Below the pieces are notes generated by a model. The model was not told the origin of the DNA. It made no database searches and saw only the letters and a program-made list of their open reading frames with translations. DNA of 64,000 nt. Origin: Eledone cirrhosa (lineage: Eukaryota). The stretch spans positions 43,276,001 to 43,340,000 of the forward strand of contig OZ024746.1 of NCBI GenBank assembly GCA_964016885.1. The letters are read 5' to 3'. The position numbers were made by a program, and so were the translations under genes. Shown piece after piece: positions 27,401-39,202 of this stretch (position 1 is the stretch's first letter; every line of letters starts with the position of its first letter).

Positions 27401-28542
27401 GAAATAGTTTTGTGTTATTTGTATAGTAGAACTTAATATGTATTTGTTGAGAAATAACTGAAAATGTATATAACATAATTCATGACAAAATGTTCAACAT
27501 AGACTTGAAGAGACATCAAGAGAACGTTTATGTATTAACTTGATCTGTTAAATGTACTAATCAAATACCTCCTAACAAACTTCACCTGCTAACTTTAAAA
27601 GAGAAGTCACATGCTTTAAGGCAAATATTGCATGACACTTAAAAAATAGCAGGGCCACAGGAAAAATACTTCCCTGATTCTCCAAAACATTCTCATTTCT
27701 ATTCTTTCCAGGTTTTATGACTGCTTAATGTTGCTCACGCTTTAGGAAGGGAAATAGCCTAAACACGCCTGTTGTTGTTGCTGACCACAGTGTAAATACA
27801 AACAAAAAACTGTAAATCAGTTTGGCAAAACGGAATATCAAATTCTAAGATGTTTGTAATTATTTGTAAACATTTGACCAACTCTCCCCCATGATAAATG
27901 TAATAACAGGTGTTATTTATTACAAACAACACAAACTAGGGTTTAGCTTTTACTAAAATAAAAGGGGAAAACATCTCCGAATTTTCAAGAAATAGTGTCA
28001 ACTGTTTTCTTTACATAAAATACGGTAGATTTGTAAAAACACATTTGTATGGACGAGGAATTTGATTAATAAGGAGTCTAAATTAAGATGAATAATAACA
28101 GAATAAATAAATTCAAATAATTTTATCTTGAAAGCTATAAAGTTTAACTGAATAGTATTTTGATCCCACTTATGTAAAGTAATAATTTTATCATAATAAT
28201 GTAAAGTAATAATTTTGTAAGATAAATAAGGAATAAGAAACTGTAAAGGAAGTTTTTTGTATAATCATTATTATTATTTCGAATTTCATTGTATTATGTG
28301 CTCAGTAATCTAGATATAAATATTTGTTATTGCTTGATTGAATGCTTCAAGGTATTGTTAATAACATCGATTATCCATCAAATTCAAGGTGAATAGTTAA
28401 ATTGTATATTGGAAGTCAGCATTTTAAAAGAAGTACTATCATATGTTGTATACTATTCTAGGCTGGCAAATATATCTTTTGAATGTGTAATTTGTGACAG
28501 TGAAAGGAAGTGTTTCACTATATAATCTTATTGAATAATCAC

Positions 28543-28789
28543 TTAAACCCTCAGTTACCATATTTCTAATAAAAAGCACTACCCATGATTTTTGAATAAT
28601 TTAAAATGCAATCAAGAGTCTGGAGAGTTTTAGTAATATAACCCACTTTTTCATCATTAAGTTAACAATGGTTCTCACATGCAATTTACATGGTAATTTT
28701 AAATACGTATATATAAACATTTAAAAACAAACATTATTATTTCATAAAACAAAGTCTAAATTCAAGCAGATTGGTATCAAAAGTGTTAA
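28543..28789. mobile_element. piggyBac-like MITE (degenerate)
   Basis: TTAA at both ends; imperfect TIRs TTAAACCCTCAGTTACCA / TGGTATCAAAAGTGTTAA. Confidence 0.45.
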
Positions 28790-28859
28790 GTAGTGAGAAA
28801 AATATTAAAATGTATATTCAGATACTCATCCAAATTCAGAGAATACCCTGAGCAAACTG

Positions 28860-30660
28860 AAGAAGTTGAGAGAGTGGAGATTGTTCAGCTCAGCAGTTCC
28901 TGCTTCAGCTGTTAAGTGCAGGGCAAAAAAGGCTTAGTGTGGTGCCGGATGGCAGGAGGACCCCTTGGTTCAATCAAGAGGTTAAAAATACCATCCGAGC
29001 AAAGAAGGAAGCTAACAAAGCTTGGCTTGGAAATAAGTCTCCATTGCACTTGCAGTACAAGCAGGCACAAAGAATCAATGCATAGACAGTAAAGGCATAA
29101 CAAGTTAAGACATTGAAGGACTCTGGGGTTAAGCTACACTCCAACATCAGATCAGCAAATAAAGTGTTCTGGCAGACCATCTGCTAACTTCGTAATAAGA
29201 ACTCCTCCTCCACACCTGTTATCAGGAATGTGCCAGGGATTCTCCTCTTTTCAGAGAGGTGTATCCTCATGAGGTGGAGAGAATACTTTGCTGATTTCCT
29301 AAACCTGATCAGAGCAGCATCTTTTGATGTACACAAGGTGCATCTGGGAGTGGTGACTAAACTCTCTGAGGTTGAGGGCACAAAAGCAGTTAAAGGGCTC
29401 AAATGTGGCAAGGCCACTGGGGAATATGAAATCTGGCCCAAGATGTTAAAAGCCTTAAATAAAGAAGGTATTCCCTGGCTGACTCATGTGTGGTTGGTGG
29501 CTTGGACCTTTGGAAAGGCAACTAAGCAATGGTAACCAGGAGTGATAATCTCAATTTTCAAAAAGGGAGGCAAGAGAAATTGTTCCAATTACAGAGGGAT
29601 CTCCTTCTTAAACCTCCCCAGTAAAGTCTATGCTAAGTGTCTGGGAAAGGGATGTAGGTAGATTGTTGAGTCCAAGGTAGCTGACGAACAGTGTGATTTT
29701 TGCTCTGGACACACCGCAGCTGACCAAATATTCACAATGAGGCAAGTCTTCAAGAAATCCTGGGAGAATTGCCAAGAGGAATATGCTTGTTTTGTCACCC
29801 TCAAAAAGGCATACGACTATATTCCCCGGGACTTCCTGTGGAAGATCTTATAGGAGTATGGGATGGAGGGTCAGCTTTTTGTTGCCCTAATGTGTATATA
29901 AATGCCTGAATTTTTGTGTTCAGATAAATAGTGCTAATTCAAAACCATTCAATGTGGAAGTCAGATTCAGGAAAGGGTGCATACTGTCACCTCACCTGTT
30001 CATTATTTTCATGAACAGGATTGACATGTACAGTTGGATTGGAAGTATTATCACAACTGGCAGATGTAAAATCAGTCAGTTGGAATTTGCAGTCAACATG
30101 GTGTTCCTTAACTTGACAGAAGGTGATCTATGACTTGCACTCAATAGATTTGATGCCAAGTGCTCCATGGCTATAATGAAAATCAGTGCTGTAAAAACTG
30201 AGACACTCATCCTCTAAAAGAATCCTGTGCAGTGCACTCTACATGTGAAGGGAGTTTCACTGAAGTAGGTGGAGAAGTTCAGGTATCTCAGGGCCATGTT
30301 CATGAATGATGGTATGCAGGATGCTGAATTAAGTTCAAGAATTGCAGGAGCTGGTGCAGTAATGTGCCAGCTTTAGCATTCTTTAATGAGAAGGGATGTA
30401 GGTGTTAAAGCCAAACTTGCTATTTCTAATTTGATATTCATGCCAACTCTTACCTATGGTCATTAAACTTGGATAATAACCAAAAGGATACAATCACAAA
30501 TCCAAGCGGCCAAAATGGGGTTCCTCTGTAAAGTCTTCTGTGTAACTTTACTTGACAGAGAGCATATCTTGGAGATCAGAGTTATTCAAGGTAGAGCTGA
30601 TACTTCTTTGAATTGAGAGATCACAGCTCTGATACTATTGGCATATGGTTAGAATGTCTA
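28860..30660 (+). mobile_element. Decayed RTE LINE (Expander/Rex3-like) reverse transcriptase region
   Basis: CSNYRGISFLNLPSKVYAKCL, CFVTLKKAYDYIPR, KGCILSPHLFIIFMNR, VEKFRYL; same family as 9768-12140; stops and frameshifts. Confidence 0.92.
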
Positions 30661-32369
30661 GCTGATCAGCAGACATTAAAGGATGAATATGATGATGATA
30701 AAATTCCATGAACTAGCGTCATTTTAGAAGACAAAATAGCAAAAATACTTCCTGCGAAATCGTTGTTTCATCTGAAATACAATACTTTATAGATATTATT
30801 TATTTGCCAGTGGTATAACTTACATTAGAAACTGAAGAACTGTGATCAAGTTGTTTTTATTTAACTTTTTTGCTGGACCTATTTAATTTAGCAAAATAAT
30901 GATCCAATCTAAACACAGTTAGACAGGTGGCAGAAATTGGACATTTCTTAAAGAGAAAGAAAGACAGAAAAATGAAAACAAAACATATTTTCTTAGAAAT
31001 GGATATTTGAATGGGGGAAAAGAAGATATGAACACACTAGAAAATATTGGTTTTTGTTGATTGAACCAATGATTTCAAGATGCATTAAAGCTATTTGGAA
31101 TTAAATATATGGGATGGTTTCATTAAAATATTTTGTAAGGGATTCAATTTAGTCTTTAATCTGTTAAAGGACAAAAATGCTAACAGTTATGAAGTGCCAA
31201 ATGTCAAGTAACTGGGCTTTTCTAATTAAGTTCTTGAAGAAGGAAAAATTATGCTGAAATAAAATCTCATGTACAAAAAAATAAATAATTAATAAATTCT
31301 CCTTTCAATATTCCTTGATGTCAAACCATTAAAAAATGCTACCACAAGAGGAAAAAGTCTGAAACAAAAACTAATAAAAAGAAAAAGGTTCTAAAATCAA
31401 TACCATCAACAAAAATTATTCACAACTCGGCTGTTGAATTGTGAGGAGAATAGTAAAATGACAACCATCCCTATTTGAACACTCCTTGTTCTAACACTCC
31501 AAGATATTTGAAAAACAAAACTTTCTAGTGTGTTTTTATCTGACAAAGAGGAATGCTTTATTGATGAGAAAGGATTAACAGAACACTGAAGATCAGTTTA
31601 TTGCATCAGATTATTTCAAAATGATATATAATTGTTTTTTAAATTATTTTTAAAAGTATTGAATAAAAATTACCTGATATTAGAAAACACTTAATGTTCA
31701 AATGATATAGCAATGTCCAAATCAAAAACAAAGTTTTTTCTTTATTATTTATTTTTTATTTCCTAGATAAAATGCTGCTTTAAAGCTAATTTGATTAACA
31801 GAATTATTATATGAGTTATATGCAATGCCTTTATTGATATTATAAAGAATTTATGTATAAAGCTGTTTTATTCTTGTTTAACACCTGTTCAGATCTCCAG
31901 ATGTAGTAATATGAATAAGTGTGTTAATCTATTTGAAGTTTCAAATTGAATAAGAGTAAAATATATCAAATATCCTTAAGGTTCTTTGTTTTAATGAGTT
32001 CAATAATAATCTGGATGATATTGTAGTTATGTTTGAAATAAATTTCCATATGTATCACTGATATAATTCGTTGGAATTTTCCTTTAAACATCAGCTTTAC
32101 TCTGTCATGATCATCATTGGTGTCTGCAGCTGAATGTCCTTACAAATACCACACACTTTATGGCATATACTTGGTGCATGATTTCTATAACTGGATATCC
32201 TTCCTAACACCCACCACTTAGCATGTTCTGGAAATATTTTATCATGATTCATGCCCTGCCACCTTACAGGGTGGACTGAGTGCATTTTTATCATGACACC
32301 ATCACTGGGGAAGAATTGAGTCATTGACGATTAGGATATTTTTTGATTGGTATAATGAACGAAAAGAAA

Positions 32370-32760
32370 TCATCATCATTATCATCACTGTTTAACGACC
32401 ATTTTTTCATGCTAGCATGAGTTAGACGAGTTGCCCCATTATGAGACAAGACAGGTTTGACGATCATGTCTTGCTTATACAGGACTGATTTTGACTTGGT
32501 TTCTACGACTGGATGCCTTTCCTGACACCATCCACATTTACAGTGTGTACTGAGTGAATAGAAGGAGGAGGGGGTGCATACAAGATATATGTTTCAACCT
32601 GTGCAGATGAGAAGGTGGGTCTTCTGTATTACTGCATAATGCCAGAGATCTCAGTCCTCAGTCACTATTGCCTTTGAAAGGTGCAATAGTGCAAGGTCAA
32701 CTTTTATCACCTCATCTCTCTAGGTCTTCCTACACCATAGATTTCATCAACTTTGAACCC
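32370..32760 (-). mobile_element. RTE LINE 3' end with (CAT)n
   Basis: CATGCTAGCATG...TTTCTACGACTGGATGCCTTTCCT...GTCTTCTGTATTACTGCATAATGCCAGAGATC; related tail fragments at 32100-32330 and 33167-33480. Confidence 0.75.
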
Positions 32761-35118
32761 CCATAACTTTTATAAAATGAAGTTATATCTATACAGTTGT
32801 GACTAATATTTTTTAAGAGTTTTTAATTTTAAGAGAGAAAAATGGTTGCAATTGCAGGTACTCAAATATTAAGTTACAAAGTTCATTAAGTGAAACAGCT
32901 TTAGCTTATAAATATCTGTTTGATCTCAACAGGGAAAAAGTAATATAAATTGAGTACATCAAAATTATTCCTATCTCTTTCTATATATTTTTATCTAGCT
33001 GACTAGCTTTATAATTATAGCTGTTTTTCTCTATCCCTTTTCCTTAAACCCTCCCTCTCTCTGATTTACAATAAATACAGTTATTTGAATATACTAATAT
33101 AACATAATTAATTGATCCTCTATTACTATATTGTTCTGAGCTAATAAAACAACATGCATAAACAAGCATCATCATTACACTTCTATTTTCCATGCTAGCA
33201 TGATTTAGACATGGTGTCATGTAATGAGACTATTCAGGCCAGATGACTGTGTCTTGCTCATATGGATCTGTTTTTTGGCTTGGTTTCTATGGCTGGATGC
33301 CCTTCTTGAAACCTGGCTGGACTGACTGGGTGCTTTATATCATGACACCAGAATGACCACCTAACAGTGTGAACTAGATGCATTTTCATCATGGTACCAG
33401 CATGACCAGCTAACAGGGGACTGTGTTATGTTACCAGCACACGCACCTTACAGGGTAGACCGGGAAATTTTTCATCATGGTAGCAGCAGCTTATAGATAT
33501 AAAATAGCATCAAATATTAAATGTTTGAATAACATAACATTTTTAGTGTTTTGCTTATTTGAAAATAAAAAAAATTAAACACAGAATTATTTTCACATGA
33601 TTCTTTGTTTTACATAAACAATGGGTAAAATAAACATCAAAGTACTTTTAGTATAAGATTTCTCTATTATATAACCCTGTCAAACATTTTAGTGATTGAA
33701 ACAAGTATCTCAACTTCTTGTTCAAATTTTCTATTACTCCCACAAAATTCAAATTCGACCCACAATTTTCAATAAATCCTTAAGGATTTAATTATTATTC
33801 ATTGTCCATTGTCTATTAATGGTACATCATTCTCTAAATAGGAAAGTTGGAGTAGAATGTCACAATTAAGACTCCAGATAACGGTTAAACATATTACCAA
33901 GGTCCAGCTGTTTCAATATTTCACAATTAGTAAATTAAATTTGAGAAACCTGAGAAGCACACTTATCATTAATTTTATTATTATATTATGCATTTATTTT
34001 ACATCTGAGGCAAGATTCAATAGTTCAAACATTAAATTGAATATAAATTGAAATTCCCATATTTTAATTGAATTAGATATTCAAGTGCCTGCAATAAGAA
34101 TCCTTAAAGAAATGTGTGTGCATAATTCATGAAAAATAGTCTGTGCAATTTAAACGTGTTTATTGCATTAAAATGCAATTAGATGATCAAGAATTTACAA
34201 AGTATAACAGTTCAAAAATCATAAATAATTCTAATGCAGAAGAATATTGCTATAGAATATGTAAACTTTAAAGAAAATATTTTGTTTGTTAGATTTTCAT
34301 ATTATTGGTATTGAGTCAGTGAAATTAAATATTTACAGATAATATTTAATAGAATAAAGATATGAATGTCACTAACAGCCCATACGATGAAGCATGAAAC
34401 TTCAAGAAGTGTATTTTAAACATGACACACTTCTTTGTTGGCATGATGATTATGAGTCAAATTCTTAACTCTGAGTAAACCTAAGTAGTTATAATAGTAA
34501 AAATCAATATAATAGATATAAAACTTGGTATAGAAGCTATAGGTTTTGTCAAATGATCACCAGAAAGTGAAACAATACACGAATATCATATATCTTCCAT
34601 GTTGGAATATCTTAGTTAAATCTATAGTGTTATTTTTCCCCATGTCTATAATTTTCATATATTCCAGCTATCTCACTTGGACTTTCTGGCCACTTAAAAT
34701 ACAGAAGCCCTCAATTATCAAGTGCCAACACTTTATATCTGGCAGGCATTATCCATTCTCTGCATATATCTAAATCAATCATTTTAGTCATGACTTATCT
34801 GTCTTGTTCTGCCATTCTTCACACACACACATCACATTTTTAATATCTAGCATTTTATACAACATACCTAAATTTTATTTGTCTCTCAGATCCATAGAAT
34901 GTGCACATAACAGCTAATAGTGAATAGTTTTCCCATTAGCATACTTGATTATCTCTAAGTACATTATAGTTGTTGACATATTTAACATTATTTGCTTGTT
35001 GTTAGCAGGAACATCTTTGAATTAATACTTCTTAATTTCCTTAACTTTCTTTCCAATACAAACTTCAACTAAGTCAATACTCAATACTGATTAGCTTTCT
35101 TAATTAACACCGTCTAAT

Positions 35119-35463
35119 GGCAGCAGTTTGGCAGTATCGGTAGAGCATTAGACACCATGCTTTGCGGCATAGAGTTATGACCCTTTACGTTCTGAGTTCA
35201 AATCCTTCCAAGGTTAGCTTTGCCTTTCATCCTTACGGGATAGATAAAATAAAGCACCAGTAATGCACTGGGGTAATTGCTGGCCTTGTGTCAAAAGTAG
35301 AAGCTTGACAGTATCGGTAGAGGGTCGGATGCCATGCTTTGCAGCAAAGAGTTACGTCCCTTTATGGTCTGAGTTCAAATCCCGCCGAGGTTAACTTTGC
35401 CTTTCATCCTTACGGAGTTGATAAAATAAAGTACCAGTAATACACTGGAATAATTGCTGGCCA
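35119..35463 (+). mobile_element. Tandem dimer of SINE family B
   Basis: Two consecutive bodies (about 35119-35302 and 35305-35463) flanked by imperfect direct repeat TTAATTAACAC(CG)TCTAA. Confidence 0.85.
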
Positions 35464-35571
35464 TTAATTAACACTCTAAAAAGAGCTCAGGCTTGATCTA
35501 GCAGGAATCTTAATTCAACATTCCTACCAATTGTTTCCATTTAAAGTAATATTTATTACATTCCCTCAAGC

Positions 35572-35745
35572 TACAAGGGTCGACTGAAAAGTTCACAAAC
35601 TGATTATGAAGGAGTGATGTTTGAGCTGTGAAATTTTGTATGCATTAATTTTAACTTTTCTTATTAATAACTGCATTGTTTCTTTCCAGGTACTATGTTG
35701 AAAATAAACCTCATTTGGTCAGCGTAAGAACTTTTCAGGCTATGA
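35572..35745. mobile_element. mariner-derived MITE remnant
   Basis: TACAAGGGTCGACTGAAAAGTTC left end, inverted GAACTTTTCAG near 35730; related fragment at 20285-20365. Confidence 0.55.
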
Positions 35746-37026
35746 AGCTTTCAGCTTACCATCCTATTTCCCCAGCATTTTAATATTTTATTGTATTTCC
35801 TGATATAAAATATCATAAAACATAATTTGCATATATAAAAATCAATGATTTTCTCTCTATCCCCACCCCTCTCTCTCTCACACACACACATACTCTCTCT
35901 CTCTTTCAAATTGTTTATGGGATTTAGAAAAGGAAAAGCAGTGTCCAAGCCCTTTTTCAACATCTCTGAAACTGATATGTGAAAGTGGGGAAGTTATACT
36001 CAGGCCCATGAGTTAGCCCAAATGTTAGCAAAAGACTCTCCAAGATATTCATTCGAGTGTCAGAGTATATCTACCTCTAAAGAACACCTGTTAAATTTCA
36101 TTCACAAGGGTTTAGTTGACCTGAGGCTATAGTGGAAGACATTCTCATACACATTGAAATATTAAATTACTCAGTTTCTGATTAACTTCCTTATATATTC
36201 TAAATACTTTGCACAATCCAGTTAAATGTGTTATCTCACCAAAGTGTTAAACATGTTGAAAAATACAAATTATATAAACTGTTATTAGTCTAGTATTTCT
36301 CACTATAAATATAAAGGATTCAAATTTGATTTGAATGTTTATCTGTGTTCAAAAAAGCATAATAGAATTCATCACCAATTTCTTCAAAGGTGAAAATCTA
36401 AAATAATAGTAAGTAAGTTTATTCTTGAATAACTTTTTTTTATTTCCTTTCCTTCATGCTGTTGATCACACTGTACCAACCAATATCAACAAACCCATTC
36501 ATTCATTTCATAATACACAACCAGTAAATAAGTAATATGATGATTCCATTGATCTATTTCAACAGTTCACATTCGTATGTTAAACCTTCCATTGAAAAAA
36601 TTCACAAATTATTAATCAGCTGTATCAGACATCTAACTTCTCAAAGACTTTACATATTTTAACACTATTCTGCTAGTGGATTAGATTTATGAGATTTGAT
36701 CATTTCTTTTGAAAGTTAATGCATTGATTTGCTTACGTGTTTCTATTGTGTTGTGATCTTCAGATGAAGTTACATACTCATAAGTAGTTTACATCTCTCT
36801 TAAAAGGAAAGTTGACTGCGGTTAAAATAATTAATATATTTTTTGAAGTTTTGAAAGGTGGCAATTGTAAGTAAAAATTAAATAGGCTGGAAATCCGAAC
36901 ATAATGAAATAATGTGCTCTAGCAGTTGGAAAATTTAATTTTTTTAACGTGATCTGTTACATATTAACAAATGGAAAAACGGATGTAAAAACGATGATGA
37001 TCATACATACATATATATATATAATT

Positions 37027-37233
37027 ATTAAGGCCAGTTAGTACAGTGGCACCATACTAGGTGTGTATGTTTCATTAGCCCAGAGGACTAATTTGTTCAA
37101 CCTGTGTCAATGAAAATGAACCAGAAAAAGATTTTCCAGTACATTTTCATTGGCACAGGTTAAACAAGTTAGTCCTCAGGATTAATGAAACATACGTACC
37201 TGATATGGTGGCATTGCAGTAACTGGTCTTAAT
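37027..37233. repeat. Fold-back (palindromic) element A with about 92-bp imperfect arms
   Basis: ATTAAGGCCAGTT...TGAAAATG (37027-37118) versus CATTTTCA...AACTGGTCTTAAT (37142-37233); related deleted copy at 50161-50233. Confidence 0.92.
37156..37202 (+). ncRNA. Hammerhead-like motif with variant core (degenerate)
   Basis: CAGG-TTAAACAA-GTTAGTCC(TCA)GGATTAAT-GAAAC(ATAC)GTA-CCTG; mirror copy on the minus strand 37057-37104 has TTGAACAA. Confidence 0.45.
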
Positions 37234-37423
37234 ATTTATATTCAAATTTACCCAATGGAATTGAGTTGCTTTATACCTTGGATATTTTTACTGACCTATC
37301 ACTACTACATATACATAAATATATTAGGGATGGCAACATGAAAGGACCTGTTATTTTTCTCTAAAGGCATTTTTTCCGAATCTGCCCTGTCCGTCCCCTC
37401 AATCTTTCTAATTTCTCATTCAT

Positions 37424-37460
37424 TCTTCTGATGAAGGCTAGCTTCTGAAACGTTACGACC
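37424..37460 (+). ncRNA. Degenerate minimal hammerhead in a probable Penelope pLTR remnant
   Basis: CTGATGA-AGG(CTAGCT)TCT-GAAACGTTA; palindromic AACGTT in the stem III region; stem I only partly paired. Confidence 0.45.
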
Positions 37461-37704
37461 CTCTTCCTGCTATTTGAAGCGTTATTCCTTCCATACACTG
37501 TACCCATTGTGTTGTTATTTCTGTTTACCTTTAACATACATATGTATATATATATATATTTATATATATGTAGAAGTTGTATTTAATTTGTTGGAATTCC
37601 GACAAACATAAATGTTTATAACTGATTTAGAGCACTCAACAAGTTACTGGAGTAAATATTCCAAAATATTAAATAAATGGAAACTATATTTATAAAACCA
37701 TATT

Positions 37705-37769
37705 TATTTTATTATATATATTTCAAGGGCAATCAAGCCAACCTTGGTGCGCTTTCATCAGATTAAATA
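37705..37769 (-). ncRNA. Type I hammerhead ribozyme (minus-strand mirror copy)
   Basis: TATTTAAT-CTGATGA-AAGCGCACCAAGGTTGGCTTGATTGCCCTT-GAAAT(ATAT)ATA-ATAAAATA; intact core, one stem I mismatch. Confidence 0.7.
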
Positions 37770-37908
37770 CAAATTTTGTTTTATAAATAAAGACGTACCC
37801 ATGCAGATTCAACCTTATCGGTCGGATTCAACCTTATCGGTCCAGCAAATTTCCGACCAATAAGGTTGAATCTTCATGGGTACGTCTTTATTTATAAAAC
37901 AAACTTTG

Positions 37909-37973
37909 TATTTTATCTGATGAAAGCGCACCAAGGTTGGCTTGGTTTCCCTTGAAATATATATAATAAAATA
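37909..37973 (+). ncRNA. Type I hammerhead ribozyme
   Basis: Stem I TATTTTAT/ATAAAATA (8 bp), CTGATGA 37917-37923, stem II AAG..CCAAG/CTTGG..CTT, GAAA 37954-37957, 2-bp stem III with palindromic ATAT loop, AUA cleavage triplet (after 37965). Confidence 0.75.
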
Positions 37974-38124
37974 AATGTGGTTTTATAAATATAGTTTCCA
38001 TTTATTTAATATCATGGTATATATATATATATATATATATATTGTTATACTTTGGAAGGGTCATGCTGCCAAAAAAAAACACACACACGCCTGTTGGTTT
38101 TCACTTCAATTTACAACTGCCAAG

Positions 38125-38336
38125 TGAAAGACATGCTAATCAGGTCTGGTATTAGTACTCCCAATGGAAAGAGGTGAAGAGGACATCCAAAGATGAACTG
38201 GCATCAGACAATCAACAAAGACCTAAAATATATCAACACAAGTTGGAATAATGTATTGATAGATGCAATTGACAGTGGTCATTGGAGCAATTTGGCTGTC
38301 TCATGCATGTCAATGTGTGATCTTTAAGTCCAAGTC
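38125..38336 (+). mobile_element. RTE LINE 3' end (third RTE family)
   Basis: PNGKR*RGHPKMNWHQTINKDLK...DSGHWSNL resembles the RTE C-terminus (GKR.RGRP...W...DL...DR..W). Confidence 0.65.
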
Positions 38337-38351
38337 ATTCAATATGACTTA

Positions 38352-38630
38352 TTGGCATAATCAGCAGAGGGTCGGACGCCATGCTTTCCAGCATAGTAAC
38401 GTCCCTTTATGGTCTGAGTTCAAATCCCGTCGAGGTTAACTTTGCCTTTGATCCTTACCGGGTTGATAAAATAAAGTACCAGTAATGAACTGAGTAATTG
38501 CTGGCATTGTGCCAAAAGTAGAAACAATTATTTTTTTTTCAATAAAATAATGCACCAGTAATGCACTGGGGTCGATTTAATCAAATTTCCTCTTCCCCAA
38601 AATTGTTGGCCTTGTGCCTAAATCAGAAAC
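38352..38630 (+). mobile_element. SINE family B plus an extra tail fragment
   Basis: Body 38352-38530 near-identical to other copies; a second 3' part follows. Confidence 0.8.
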
Positions 38631-39088
38631 CACTGTTTTGTAACATATTGTATTAAATAAGTAAATTGTAATTAATGAAGTGATTTGATTGAAACTTTCT
38701 ATAACTTTATGACTTAAATAATTAGGTTGAATTTTTCTCTTTTTTTTTTTGCTTATTTATTGGCTATTTAATTTGTTCTGATCCTAAGTAAATTGGTGTG
38801 AACACTGGCAAAATCCTGCCAGCATATTCCTTCTTGTAGTAATGTTAAGAAAAATGGACTTTTCAATTGTCAGACTATCAGAAGGTAGCATATACTACTA
38901 TTACTAAATCAGTGTGGCTGCTATTATTGATTTTCCTGTTTCATTCTTTCTTTCTAGTTTTCTTTATCAGAAATTGTGATTGTCATATGACAGAGTAATA
39001 CTGTTCTTTTGTTTTTATATTTATACTAATAGTTTTGAATGCACACATAAGCACAATTGAGATTCTTAACATGAAAGAGAAAGAAGTG

Positions 39089-39202
<114 letters not shown>

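Larger units (their letters stand above)
37666..38012. repeat. Fold-back (palindromic) element B with about 160-bp near-perfect arms
   Basis: ATATTAAATAAATGGAAAC...ATCGGTCGGA versus TCCGACCAAT...GTTTCCATTTATTTAATAT; 18-bp direct duplication GATTCAACCTTATCGGTC at the loop (37806, 37825). Confidence 0.97.

Noticed and set aside
27712-27800. Plus-strand acceptor TTCTTTCCAG
   Set aside because: All frames close quickly and there is no strong donor
30700-31650. Purine-skewed stretch resembling decayed coding sequence
   Set aside because: No open frame or identifiable motif; cannot assign
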